From Obrimoposthia wandeli (Eukaryota): a DNA stretch of 64,000 bases. The notes under the pieces are model-generated. The model was not told where the DNA came from. It saw nothing but the letters and a program-made list of their open reading frames with translations, and did not search any database. The translations under genes were made by a program, and so were the position numbers. Below are positions 1 through 10,294 of this stretch, one piece after another. The DNA is taken from positions 2,294,001 to 2,358,000 of the forward strand of contig CDROCS010000253.1 of assembly GCA_977020255.1 (NCBI GenBank), given 5' to 3'. Position 1 is the first letter of the stretch. Every line of letters begins with the position of its first letter.

Positions 1-1031
1 CACAGATAAAATGTAAACATATTGGTTTTTTATTACAACCCAACTTTACCATGTTAGCGTTGTCCTCGGCAATTGCGCCATTGCGAATGGCTAATCAATT
101 GTCTGGAGAACAACTATATCGCTGGACTATTCTCAGTGAAGATGGTGGCGTTGTTACTGCCAGTGATGGACTGAAGATCGAGGTTGATTCTTGTATCAAT
201 AATTATGTTGAGTTTGATACTGTGTTGGTTTGTGGCGGTGTAGATATAAAAGGCACAGTGACGCGAAAAGTGCTTAGCTGGTTAACCCATTTATCTCGCT
301 GTAATATTGTGCTAGGCGGCATTTGCACGGGCAGTTATTTATTGGCTAAAGCGGGTTTATTAAACGGCTATCAAAGCACCATTCATTGGGAGTTATTGGC
401 GAGTTGTCAGGAAGAGTTCCCTTTAGTTAAAAGTTCGAATAAACTGTTCATTTTTGACCGTAATCGTATGTCTTGTTCAGGTGGTACTGCAGCCATTGAT
501 ATGATGTTGCAACTGATTTCTAAAGAGTATGGTAAAAAATTAACAACGGCTATTTCAGACATGTTTTCTCATGAACATATTCGTGATGAAAACGACCAGC
601 AACGCATACCATTACAGCATATTGTTGGTGCTACTCAGTCAAAACTGCAAGATGTAGTCGCGTTAATGGAAGCAAATATTGAAGAAATATTATGCCTAGA
701 TGAATTAGCTAGTTTTGTTGATTTATCTCGACGTCAGTTAGAGCGATTGTTTCAAAAATATCTCAACTGTTCGCCGCATCGTTATTATTTACAGTTACGA
801 TTGGGAAAAGCACGTCAGTTATTAAAGCAAACCAATATGTCTATTATTGAAATTGCTATAGCCTGTGGTTTTGTCTCTACGCCGCATTTTAGTAAGTGTT
901 ATCGTAATTCTTTTAGCATTCCGCCCCGAGATGAGCGCAACGTTTTAGCTAAAAATAAGCAATTTGCTTCCAGTAAAGAATCCAGTTTGGGATCGGTTAA
1001 GGTTCAACATCAACTTCAGCAACATCACTAA
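1..1031 (+). CDS. gbdR: GlxA/GATR-family AraC regulator, GbdR-like (5'-truncated by window edge)
   Basis: Frame is open from position 3 (QIKCKHIGFLLQPNFTMLAL), so the start lies before the window. DJ-1-like domain (GICTGSYLLA) plus AraC HTH (LSRRQLERLF...GFVSTPHFSKCYR). Sits upstream of the dgc operon. Confidence 0.8.
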   Translation, partial: QIKCKHIGFLLQPNFTMLALSSAIAPLRMANQLSGEQLYRWTILSEDGGVVTASDGLKIEVDSCINNYVEFDTVLVCGGVDIKGTVTRKVLSWLTHLSRCNIVLGGICTGSYLLAKAGLLNGYQSTIHWELLASCQEEFPLVKSSNKLFIFDRNRMSCSGGTAAIDMMLQLISKEYGKKLTTAISDMFSHEHIRDENDQQRIPLQHIVGATQSKLQDVVALMEANIEEILCLDELASFVDLSRRQLERLFQKYLNCSPHRYYLQLRLGKARQLLKQTNMSIIEIAIACGFVSTPHFSKCYRNSFSIPPRDERNVLAKNKQFASSKESSLGSVKVQHQLQQHH

Positions 1032-1047
1032 CTAACAAAACACAGCA

Positions 1048-1081
1048 AGATACCGTTTACTCTTGAGGTTAAACGGTATCT
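1048..1081 (+). terminator. Hairpin after gbdR
   Basis: AGATACCGTTTA-N10-TAAACGGTATCT, a 12-bp stem. Confidence 0.55.
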
Positions 1082-1083
1082 AA

Positions 1084-1185
1084 TATACCCAAGTCACTTC
1101 AAGAGGCGATTTCAGGATGATTGAGTATGTCTAAGACGTTTCTAATTCCCGCTGAATCCTGCACTTTTGAAGTCGTTTGGTAATA
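1084..1185. repeat. ERIC-like miniature inverted-repeat element (short, degenerate)
   Basis: TATACCCAAGTCACTTCAAGAGGC...GCACTTTTGAAGTCGTTTGGTAATA termini; right part matches the 47382 copy (GTTTCTAATTCC.GCTGAATC.TGCA). Confidence 0.7.
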
Positions 1186-1212
1186 CAACTTACTTTATGA
1201 ATACTTAACGAT

Positions 1213-3105
1213 ATGAAATTATCATCCCTGTTAAATTCTGAAAACTCAGAAAAAAATCATCTTCAAATTCAACAAAGTGGTCAACGACGTATTGATCGCA
1301 TGGCGCAATCTGGTGTAGGAAAATCTTCATTATGGGGTCTCGCCGAAGTCGGTTGGACTGCAGGTCCAGTAACTTTCTTAGCGGCCCAAGGTGGATATTA
1401 TTTAGGGTTTGGTACTTGGTTGCCCAATGAAAATTTAATATTTTTTGTCGGTTACACCGTATTAATGGGACTGATTGCCGTCTTGGTAAAGTTCATCTAC
1501 AAAGCGACAAAAGGGCAAGAACTTGATGATGCCAAAGAGCAGTTGTTGCTGGTTATTGGCAGCTTGCCTGATTTCATTCTGTCGATCAGAGATCTCACCC
1601 TAAGTCGTATGGAACCTGAGTCGAGGCGTTATGAATCGGCACGTATACTGTTGCAAAAATCGGATCTTGGTCCGCAATGGTTAACGCTTGCGGTAAATAG
1701 CATTATTGATTCACCAGTCATTGCTCAGGCCGTGGCGAATATTGAAATTTATTGGCGCGCGGGTATGTATAGCCGTATCCACGATATTAACCAAGAACTT
1801 TCAACGGAAATCTCAGCTGCCTTAGCAAGCTTAGAACCAGATCGTCCACGCTTGGCCCGGCTGTTAGAGCAACGTCTCCAAGGTAAAAAAAATACTTTGC
1901 GTAGCGGTGTAGAACGAGAGCCTTTTTTTATTGAGCGTATATTTTCAGCGATTGAAGAAGATAACGAAGACATTATGGGCTTAAGTGATGTTGAAGAAGT
2001 CTTAACCTTGGCCTTTGAGCTTTTGTCTGGGCGACGTATTCCAATGCTGGTAGTTAATTGTGTTGGCTCATCGCAATTGACCATAGCTACCAAAAAATTA
2101 GAAAAAGAGCGATCTAAGTACCGCATCGCTAGAGCACGTGGTTACAGCCAATTATTAGCTTTGGCTAACTTTTTAAGTGACAGTAATTTACTCGATTATT
2201 CCACCGTGGCTGAGCGTCTGCCAAGTAGTGACTTATTGCAAATTTGTCTCGAAACTATAGATCGGCTTTGTCAAAATATTTGCGACGATATCGGGTGTGT
2301 ACAAAAGCGTGAACACGTCGATATGCGTGCGTTAAAGCTCAATCATAGCGTGTTGATTAAGGCGTTGGAGTTATATCAGCAAGCCTATCGAAGCAGTGCT
2401 ATGGTGATCAATGAACATGCTGATTTCTTAAAAGATATTAATAGCTGGCAGCGAATTAATCTAAAGTATGCCGATGCTAATACTAAGGTATCGGTCACCG
2501 GTAAGCAGGGCTTACACATTATCGAACGGCAAATACACTTAACAGATGCGGATAAAATTACCGTTGTTAAAAAAATAGCCCATCATTTTGATAGTCAAAG
2601 CATATTGTCAAAGGGTTTAAGAAACCGCACGCAACAAAGTAATTGGCAGGTCAGTAATCAGCATGTACGGGCCGCAAAACAGCTGGCAATAGATTTGGCA
2701 TTAGCCCTAAATCCCTGTGTTTTTATTAGTTTACCTGAGGTTCAGGGCGCCATATATTCCTCTAATGCCGTCGATTTAGGTAGCTTCGAACCTGGTTTGA
2801 GTACCACCACTAAAGTTGGCTGGGGCGAGTCGGTAGCCAAAGAAGTCAAAAAAGATATGGTTAAAGCATCTGAGCAGATAGCACAGGCGATACATAGGTA
2901 CTATGGTATTTGCTTAGGGGACAAAGAACTCGACTTTATGCACCAAACCTATGGCATGAATAAAGAACATGTTATTGACTATTATCTCGAAAATGAACAA
3001 GGCGAACAATCGAGTAATGTTTTTGAGCCGCGATCGCCTTTGATGATCCCTCAGGTTAAGTTTGCTTGGCGTAAAACGTTAACTTTGTATCGACAGCATA
3101 TATAA
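1213..3105 (+). CDS. Hypothetical membrane-anchored protein, 630 aa
   Basis: Long ORF with two N-terminal hydrophobic segments (about aa 40-66 and 75-96) followed by a helical-looking body; no motif recognised. Confidence 0.75.
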   Translation: MKLSSLLNSENSEKNHLQIQQSGQRRIDRMAQSGVGKSSLWGLAEVGWTAGPVTFLAAQGGYYLGFGTWLPNENLIFFVGYTVLMGLIAVLVKFIYKATKGQELDDAKEQLLLVIGSLPDFILSIRDLTLSRMEPESRRYESARILLQKSDLGPQWLTLAVNSIIDSPVIAQAVANIEIYWRAGMYSRIHDINQELSTEISAALASLEPDRPRLARLLEQRLQGKKNTLRSGVEREPFFIERIFSAIEEDNEDIMGLSDVEEVLTLAFELLSGRRIPMLVVNCVGSSQLTIATKKLEKERSKYRIARARGYSQLLALANFLSDSNLLDYSTVAERLPSSDLLQICLETIDRLCQNICDDIGCVQKREHVDMRALKLNHSVLIKALELYQQAYRSSAMVINEHADFLKDINSWQRINLKYADANTKVSVTGKQGLHIIERQIHLTDADKITVVKKIAHHFDSQSILSKGLRNRTQQSNWQVSNQHVRAAKQLAIDLALALNPCVFISLPEVQGAIYSSNAVDLGSFEPGLSTTTKVGWGESVAKEVKKDMVKASEQIAQAIHRYYGICLGDKELDFMHQTYGMNKEHVIDYYLENEQGEQSSNVFEPRSPLMIPQVKFAWRKTLTLYRQHI

Positions 3106-3194
3106 CCCTGACTTAACTGATCTTATATTAGCGCCATGAGTTAGCGTCATGAGCAAATGCTGATTACCTCATCTCTGGTCAGCTATCCAATTAA

Positions 3195-3240
3195 CGACAC
3201 CTACGCCGTTTTTAGTAAGGTAGGTGTCGCATTCTCCCAA
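3195..3240 (+). promoter_or_regulatory. Candidate GbdR-type operator upstream of the dgc operon
   Basis: Perfect inverted repeat CGACACCTAC-N15-GTAGGTGTCG. The right arm reads TGTCGC-N8-AA, the half-site form known for GATR-family ArgR. Confidence 0.5.
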
Positions 3241-3332
3241 ACCACGCTATTTGCCTTTGTTAGACTGACTTTAGTTTAAATTTGCCTGTGATTGATCAGT
3301 AGAGATCTCACAGCATAGATGAGGTTAATTTA

Positions 3333-4319
3333 ATGAATACAGATCAAGCTTTAGCGTTACATGAAAGCTCAATAATTTTCGATGGTTTAGTCATCGCAAA
3401 ATGGAACCGAGATTTATTTGAAGACATGGCTAAGGGTGGCTTAACCGCTGCCAACTGTACCGTATCAGTGTGGGAAGGTTTTAAAGATACCATTGACAAC
3501 ATCACCGAATTTAATCAATTTTTCTGTGATAACAGTGATTTAATTATGCCTGTACATACGACTGCTGATATTGCTAAAGCGAAAGAGCAGGGAAAAACTG
3601 GCATCATTTTAGGCTTTCAAAATGCTAATGCCTTTGAAGATAAAATTGGTTATGTCGAAATATTTAAAAAATTGGGTGTTGGCATTGTGCAAATGGCATA
3701 CAACACGCAAAACCTTGTCGGAACGGGTTGTTATGAACGTGACGGTGGCTTATCTGGCTTTGGTCTTGAAATCGTTGCTGAAATGAATCGCGTTGGCATC
3801 ATGTGTGATTTATCTCATGTGGGACCAAAAACGTCAGAAGAAGTTATTTTAGCGTCCACTAAGCCAGTGTGTTATTCACATTGTTTACCTTACGGACTAA
3901 AAGAACATCCGCGTAATAAAAAGGATGAAGAATTACGCTTTATCGCCAAACACGGTGGTTTTATTGGCGTGACTATGTTTGCACCTTTCTTGAAAAATGG
4001 CATTGATTCTACGGTTGATGACTACGTTGAAGCGATAGATTATGTAATCAATATTGCAGGAGAAGATTGTGTTGGCATAGGCACCGATTTTACGCAAGGC
4101 CATGATCAAGCATTCTTCGATATGTTAACTCACGACAAAGGTTATGCCCGTAATTTAACTAACTTTGGCACCATCATTAACCCTGAGGGCATTCGTACCT
4201 TAGGTGAATTTCCTAACTTGACCGCTACGATGTTAAAACACGGCTGGTCAGAATCTAAAATTAAAAAAATCATGGGCGAGAACTGGGTTCGCGTTCTTAA
4301 AGACGTCTGGGGAGAATAG
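3333..4319 (+). CDS. Membrane dipeptidase (M19) family protein of the dgc operon
   Basis: DLSH, YSHC, GIGTDF motifs; first gene of the P. aeruginosa PA5396-like gene order. Confidence 0.9.
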   Translation: MNTDQALALHESSIIFDGLVIAKWNRDLFEDMAKGGLTAANCTVSVWEGFKDTIDNITEFNQFFCDNSDLIMPVHTTADIAKAKEQGKTGIILGFQNANAFEDKIGYVEIFKKLGVGIVQMAYNTQNLVGTGCYERDGGLSGFGLEIVAEMNRVGIMCDLSHVGPKTSEEVILASTKPVCYSHCLPYGLKEHPRNKKDEELRFIAKHGGFIGVTMFAPFLKNGIDSTVDDYVEAIDYVINIAGEDCVGIGTDFTQGHDQAFFDMLTHDKGYARNLTNFGTIINPEGIRTLGEFPNLTATMLKHGWSESKIKKIMGENWVRVLKDVWGE

Positions 4320-4322
4320 ACA

Positions 4323-4877
4323 ATGAGTAATGTAAATAACCTGAATACCGCGAGCCACAGTCCTGATATGCCGATTTTAGTCGACAATGAGACTGGCGTT
4401 TGGACTACCGATGCTTTACCTATGTTGTATGTACCGCGTCACTTTTTTGTTAACAACCACATGGGCATCGAAGAAGAACTTGGCGCCGAAAAATACGCAG
4501 ATGTTTTATATAAAGCTGGCTATAAATCTGCTTTTTACTGGTGTGAAAAAGAAGGCGAAGAGCACGGTATTGGTGGTGAAGCTTTATTTGAGCATTATAT
4601 GAAACGTTTATCACAACGTGGCTGGGGCTTTTTCATTACTGAAGAACTCGATCTTGAAAATGGTACAGCAAAAGTTCGATTAGAAAATTCTGCTTTTGTT
4701 TATCAATACGGCAAGGTTAATCGCAAAGTCGATTATATGTTTACTGGTTGGTTTGCTGGTGCGATGGATCAAATTTCTGAAACCTTAGGTTACCCAGTGA
4801 AAACCGTTGCAAAACAAACACAATGTGCCGCTGAAGAGGGTTGCGATGTTGGTTACTTTGAAGTAACACCACGCTAA
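4323..4877 (+). CDS. V4R/DUF5943 domain protein
   Basis: LSQRGWG...FTGWFAGAMD...QC...C V4R pattern; conserved position before dgcA. Confidence 0.85.
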   Translation: MSNVNNLNTASHSPDMPILVDNETGVWTTDALPMLYVPRHFFVNNHMGIEEELGAEKYADVLYKAGYKSAFYWCEKEGEEHGIGGEALFEHYMKRLSQRGWGFFITEELDLENGTAKVRLENSAFVYQYGKVNRKVDYMFTGWFAGAMDQISETLGYPVKTVAKQTQCAAEEGCDVGYFEVTPR

Positions 4878-4925
4878 CTTTTTATTATAAACAGCTTTTT
4901 AAAGAACTAATATCAGGAGCTCATC

Positions 4926-6986
4926 ATGGCGCAGTTCGATGCACTATTTCAGCCATTAAAAATTAATCAACTTACCATACGAAATCGTGTGGTGAGTACG
5001 GCACATGCCGAAGTATATGCTACCGAAGGTGGCATGACGACCGAACGATATGTTAAGTATTACGAAGAAAAAGCCAAAGGTGGGGTTGGTCTGTCAATTT
5101 GTGGCGGCTCTAGCGTAGTGTCGATTGACAGTCCACAAGGTTGGTGGAAATCAGTTAACTTATCTACTGACAGGATCATTCCTCATTTTCAAAATTTAGC
5201 TGATGCAGTACATAAGCATGGCGGTAAGATTATGATTCAAATCACCCATATGGGACGTCGTTCTCGTTGGGATGGTGGTAATTGGTCAACGTTAGTTAGC
5301 CCTAGTGGTATCCGTGAACCTGTGCATCGCGCTACATGTAAAACTATTGAAATTGAAGAAATGCACCGCATTATTGGTGATTATGCTAAAGCTGCTGGAC
5401 GTGCAAAAGCCGGTGGCTTAGATGGTATTGAACTATCAGCAGTACACCAACATTTAATCGATCAATTCTGGAGCCCTCGTGTTAACCAGCGCGACGATGA
5501 ATATGGCGGTAGCTTCGAAAATAGAATGCGTTTTGGTATGGAAGTACTTCATGCTATTCGTGCAGAAGTGGGTCGTGACTTTGCTGTGGGCTTGCGCATT
5601 TGTGGTGATGAGTTTCACCCTGATGGGCTAAACCATGACGACATGAAACAGGTTGCTGCTTATTATGATGCCACCGGTTTGCTCGATTTCTTCAGTGTCA
5701 TTGGCTCTGGCTGTGATACGCATAATACACTGGCCAATGTTATCCCGAATATGAGCTATCCACCTGAGCCGTTCTTACATTTAGCGGCAGGCATAAAAGA
5801 AGTTGTTAATGTGCCGGTAATGCATGCTCAAAACATTAAAGATCCAAATCAGGCACAGCGTATTCTTGAAGCGGGTTATGTTGACTTCGTTGGTATGACA
5901 CGTGCACATATTGCTGACCCACATTTGATCGCTAAAATAAAACTGAACCAAATTGATCAAATAAAACAATGTGTAGGTGCTAACTATTGTATCGATCGTC
6001 AATACCAAGGTTTAGATGTATTGTGTATTCAAAATGCCGCTACATCACGTGAATCGACGATGCCACACATTATCGCCAAAACTGAAGGGATAGTGCGTAA
6101 AGTTGTCGTCATTGGTGGTGGTCCTGCAGGTATGGAAGCAGCACGTGTTTCTGCCGAGCGTGGTCATGACGTTACTTTAATTGAAAAAAATCCAGAACTT
6201 GGTGGGCAAATTACAATTGCCTCAAAAGCGCCACAGCGTGATCAAATTGCCGGTATTACCCGTTGGTTTGCCTTAGAACTAGACCGTTTAGGTGTAGATC
6301 TTCGTCTTAATACTGCCGCTGATGAAGCATTGATCCGTAGCCTTAACGCCGATGTGGTCATCTTGGCTGTTGGTGGACAACCTTTCTTAGGACAAAACCC
6401 GCATTGGGGTGTTGAAGAAGGTTTATCAGTAAGTACTTGGGATATTTTAAGTGGCAAGGTTGCGCCAGGTAAAAATGTTTTAGTTTATGACACCATTTGT
6501 GAGTTTAGTGGTTTATCTGCCGCTGACTTTTTAGCACAAAATGGTTCATTGGTTGAGATGGTAACTGATGATATTAAACCAGGTGCTGCAGTGGGTGGAA
6601 CAACATTCCCGACCTATTACCGCAGCTTGTATGAAAAAGACGTCATCATGTCCTCGGATTTAATACTAGAAAAAGTCTATCGTGAAGGCGATAAACTGGT
6701 GGCAGTGTTAGAGAATGAATATACCGGACAGCAAGAAGAGCGTGTAGTTGATCAAGTTGTAATTGAAAATGGCGTTCGTCCTGATGAAGAAATTTATCTG
6801 CAATTGAAAAGCGATTCTCGTAACAAAGGGCAAATCGATATTGAAGCGCTTTATGCGGCTTTGCCTCAGCCAATATTGTCTGAAGAAGGCGAAGGTTACT
6901 TGTTATATCGCATTGGTGATTGTGTATCGCAGCGTAATACTCATGCGGCAATATATGACGCATTGCGTTTGTGTAAGGATTTCTAG
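4926..6986 (+). CDS. dgcA: Dimethylglycine demethylation flavoprotein DgcA (OYE-like + FAD domain)
   Basis: NADH:flavin oxidoreductase fold, CVGANYC Fe-S motif, GGGPAG dinucleotide motif, operon context. Confidence 0.92.
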   Translation: MAQFDALFQPLKINQLTIRNRVVSTAHAEVYATEGGMTTERYVKYYEEKAKGGVGLSICGGSSVVSIDSPQGWWKSVNLSTDRIIPHFQNLADAVHKHGGKIMIQITHMGRRSRWDGGNWSTLVSPSGIREPVHRATCKTIEIEEMHRIIGDYAKAAGRAKAGGLDGIELSAVHQHLIDQFWSPRVNQRDDEYGGSFENRMRFGMEVLHAIRAEVGRDFAVGLRICGDEFHPDGLNHDDMKQVAAYYDATGLLDFFSVIGSGCDTHNTLANVIPNMSYPPEPFLHLAAGIKEVVNVPVMHAQNIKDPNQAQRILEAGYVDFVGMTRAHIADPHLIAKIKLNQIDQIKQCVGANYCIDRQYQGLDVLCIQNAATSRESTMPHIIAKTEGIVRKVVVIGGGPAGMEAARVSAERGHDVTLIEKNPELGGQITIASKAPQRDQIAGITRWFALELDRLGVDLRLNTAADEALIRSLNADVVILAVGGQPFLGQNPHWGVEEGLSVSTWDILSGKVAPGKNVLVYDTICEFSGLSAADFLAQNGSLVEMVTDDIKPGAAVGGTTFPTYYRSLYEKDVIMSSDLILEKVYREGDKLVAVLENEYTGQQEERVVDQVVIENGVRPDEEIYLQLKSDSRNKGQIDIEALYAALPQPILSEEGEGYLLYRIGDCVSQRNTHAAIYDALRLCKDF

Positions 6987-7064
6987 CTTAAGCTGCTTTT
7001 AGAATGTATGCCACCGTACTTTCTGTGCGGTGGTATATGCCTAGGATAATTAATAGGTCTTGTT

Positions 7065-9038
7065 ATGTCATCATCCGAATTTCTCTCCCAATTTTTGTTT
7101 ACCCTTATTTCGTTTGCCTTACTACTGATGTTAGTTGGTGCAGTTAAACGTGTATTGTTATGGTCACAAGGGCAATCATCAACGATACATTGGCTTGGTT
7201 TATTACAGATCCCTCGCCGCTACTTGGTTGACTTACATCATGTAGTTGCCCGTGATAAATATATGTCTAATACCCACGTCGCTACGGCGGGTGGTTTTGT
7301 TCTATCTTCGATATTAATCGTACTGCTTTATGTATTTCAGCTAAAGCTGCAGATATTAACTTGGGCATTACTTGGTTCTTCGTTATTAATGTTTGTTGGC
7401 AGCATCTTTGTCATGATCAGACGTCGTAACCCGCCACCTAATTTATCATTAGGTCAATGGCAACGATTACCAAAAAGTTTGATGGTTTTTTCATTGAGCT
7501 TTTTTATCCTCACCTTACCAGCAACGGGAATGTTACCTAGTGATACTGGCGGTTGGTTACTTGCGCTGTTATTAGTTGCGGGCATTATCTGGGGCATTGG
7601 CGAAATGTTTTGCGGCATGACCTGGGGCGGACCGATGAAGCATGCTTTTGCTGGTGCTTTGCATTTAGGCTTACATAGACGTCAAGAACGTTTTGGTGGT
7701 GGCCAGTCAACGGGATTAAAAGCGATAGATTTAAGTTCGAAGAAACTTGGCGTAGAAAAGCCAATCGACTTTAAATGGAATCAATTATTAAGTTTTGATG
7801 CGTGTGTTGAATGTGGACGTTGTGAAAATAACTGTCCGGCCTTTGCTGCAGGGCAACCGTTAAATCCGAAAAAGCTGATCCAAGATATGGTCATTGGCAT
7901 GGCTGGGGGCGATGACGCAAAATTTGCAGGCAGTCCTTATCCAGGTATTAAAGTAGGCACACATAAAGGCGGTGCGATCATTCCTATTGTTAATATGCTG
8001 GTGGAAAGCGATACCTTGTGGTCATGTACTACTTGTCGTGCCTGCGTTGATGCTTGTCCTATGATGATTGAACATGTTGATGCGATTGTCGATATGCGAC
8101 GTTTTGAAACCATGGAAAAAGGACAAACGCCGGGCAAGGGTAGTGAGATTTTAGAGAACCTGAGCGCAACAGATAACCCGAACGGTTTTGCTCCGAGTAC
8201 TCGGATGAACTGGGCGGCGGATCAAAACCTTACCGTGTTTGGTCACAATGCAGAAAAGCAGGAAGTCACTCAGGCTGATGTACTTTTATGGGTTGGTGAC
8301 GCAGCTTTTGATATGCGTAATCAACGCACATTGCGGGCAATGATTAAATTATTACGCGCTGCTAAGGTTAATTTTGCTGTCTTAGGGGATGCTGAATGTG
8401 ACAGTGGTGACTTGGCTAGACGTTTGGGCGATGAAGCGACTTTCCAGCGCTTAGCCAACAGTAATATTAGCACCATGAATAAATACAAGTTTAATACCAT
8501 TGTTACCGCTGACCCGCATGCCTTTCATTGTATTAAGAATGAATATGTTGAATTTGGTGGTAACTATAACGTTATGCACCACACCGGATTTTTTGCTGAG
8601 CTAGTGAGCCAACAGAAAATTAAGTTAGACAACAGTAAAGAGCTGGCACTGACCTATCATGACCCTTGTTATTTAGGTCGTTATAACGGTGAGTATGACG
8701 CTCCTCGATTCTTGTTAGAAAGTATGGGAGTCAAAATAAAAGAAATGGATCGCAGTAAATCAACCGCGCGTTGTTGTGGCGGTGGAGGTGGTGCACCGGT
8801 TACTGATATTCCAGGCAAACAACGTATTCCAGACATGCGCATGGCGGATGTTATTGAGACTAAGGCTGAAATTGTTGCGGTGGCCTGTCCAGGGTGTAGT
8901 GCGATGCTTGAAGGTGTGGTTGAACCAAGACCTGAAGTGAAAGACATCGCTGAGTTAATGTTAGATGCACTCATTGAAGGTGTAGTTGAAGATACGGCCG
9001 AAGTTGTGGTCGAAGACATGGTCGGAGGTGCAGTATGA
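7065..9038 (+). CDS. dgcB: Membrane Fe-S oxidoreductase DgcB
   Basis: N-terminal TM helices, CVECGRCENNCP, CTTCRACVDACP, CCG domains (HDPCYLGR, CCGGGGG). Confidence 0.92.
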   Translation: MSSSEFLSQFLFTLISFALLLMLVGAVKRVLLWSQGQSSTIHWLGLLQIPRRYLVDLHHVVARDKYMSNTHVATAGGFVLSSILIVLLYVFQLKLQILTWALLGSSLLMFVGSIFVMIRRRNPPPNLSLGQWQRLPKSLMVFSLSFFILTLPATGMLPSDTGGWLLALLLVAGIIWGIGEMFCGMTWGGPMKHAFAGALHLGLHRRQERFGGGQSTGLKAIDLSSKKLGVEKPIDFKWNQLLSFDACVECGRCENNCPAFAAGQPLNPKKLIQDMVIGMAGGDDAKFAGSPYPGIKVGTHKGGAIIPIVNMLVESDTLWSCTTCRACVDACPMMIEHVDAIVDMRRFETMEKGQTPGKGSEILENLSATDNPNGFAPSTRMNWAADQNLTVFGHNAEKQEVTQADVLLWVGDAAFDMRNQRTLRAMIKLLRAAKVNFAVLGDAECDSGDLARRLGDEATFQRLANSNISTMNKYKFNTIVTADPHAFHCIKNEYVEFGGNYNVMHHTGFFAELVSQQKIKLDNSKELALTYHDPCYLGRYNGEYDAPRFLLESMGVKIKEMDRSKSTARCCGGGGGAPVTDIPGKQRIPDMRMADVIETKAEIVAVACPGCSAMLEGVVEPRPEVKDIAELMLDALIEGVVEDTAEVVVEDMVGGAV

Positions 9039-10294
9039 GTGAATTATTCCGCCGTGATCCAAGAGCGCAATGGATAGCACGTAATCGTCTACATCCAATG
9101 CATCAAGCATTAGTTATTGGACCGGTATTTGGCCCTTCAGGATTGCTGCGTAAAAACCTGCATATCATAGGGTTTATTGGTCCTAATGGTCTGAAACGTA
9201 TCGACCGTTCTGGCGCATCTAACGATAGTGAGCAAGGCTCACGTCGTTCAGCTACTGCAAGTGAAGTGATATTGCCATTGCACCAAGTCATAGAGCCAGC
9301 ATTTTATATTGTGGTGGTACTTGACTTAGTTTCAGGACGTTTGAACAATCATGACAAAGATACCTTGGGTCTGGCGCAGCAATTAGCGAATCGTAACCAT
9401 TGTGGTGGTGAAAATGGCGGTGGCGCAGTGGTCGCCATTGCCTTCGGAGAACTAAAAGATGACTCGTTGGATAAAGCGGGTGTTGATCGTTTAATTCACA
9501 TTAACGATGAACAATATGCCCATTATAACCCAGAGCAACGCTGTAATGATTTACAACATATTATTGGAGAGTTAGATCCGCAGCATATCTTATTACCTGA
9601 TAGCATTAATGGTGGTGGCGATTTAGGTCGTCGCTTGGCCGCTGCATTACAACAGCGACCTGCGTGTGGCGTATGGAAACTAAATGATGACACCGTTATT
9701 TGTCGTGGTAGTGCAGGCAAGAGAGATATTACCCGCCCTTTAAGCAAGTTATTGTTGGTCATGGAAGAATGTAGTGAACCCATTAGTGAAACTCGACATG
9801 AGAATATATTAATGTCGCAGGCGTCAAGCCCATTAGCTAACGGAAAATTGTTTGATCAAGGCAATATTAGTGTTGATCCCAATGCCATTCCTCTGGCAGA
9901 AGCTGGTTTTATTCTCTCCGGTGGTAACGGTATTAACGACTGGGAACAATTTCATCACACGGCAAGAATATTGGGTGCTACCGAAGGTGCGAGTCGAGTC
10001 GCTGTTGATGATGGCAATATGCCACGCGAGCGACAAGTGGGTGCCACAGGTACTTGGGTAACGGCACAAGTTTATATTGCGGTCGGTATATCTGGCGCTA
10101 TTCAGCACATGCAGGGTATTGGTCAATGTGACAAAGTGGTTGCGATCAATACTGATGAGGGTTGTGACATGGTTAAACGTGCCGACATAAGTGCCATTGG
10201 GGACAGTACTGAAATACTAGCTCGATTGGTTGAACTCGTTGAGCAAAGAAAGCAGGCCAAGCAAACAAATAATGAAGGGGCGACAAATGAGTAA
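9035..10294 (+). CDS. etfA: Electron transfer flavoprotein alpha subunit
   Basis: GASRVAVDDG, QVGATG, YIAVGISGAIQH, VAINTD motifs. Confidence 0.9.
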   Translation: MSELFRRDPRAQWIARNRLHPMHQALVIGPVFGPSGLLRKNLHIIGFIGPNGLKRIDRSGASNDSEQGSRRSATASEVILPLHQVIEPAFYIVVVLDLVSGRLNNHDKDTLGLAQQLANRNHCGGENGGGAVVAIAFGELKDDSLDKAGVDRLIHINDEQYAHYNPEQRCNDLQHIIGELDPQHILLPDSINGGGDLGRRLAAALQQRPACGVWKLNDDTVICRGSAGKRDITRPLSKLLLVMEECSEPISETRHENILMSQASSPLANGKLFDQGNISVDPNAIPLAEAGFILSGGNGINDWEQFHHTARILGATEGASRVAVDDGNMPRERQVGATGTWVTAQVYIAVGISGAIQHMQGIGQCDKVVAINTDEGCDMVKRADISAIGDSTEILARLVELVEQRKQAKQTNNEGATNE

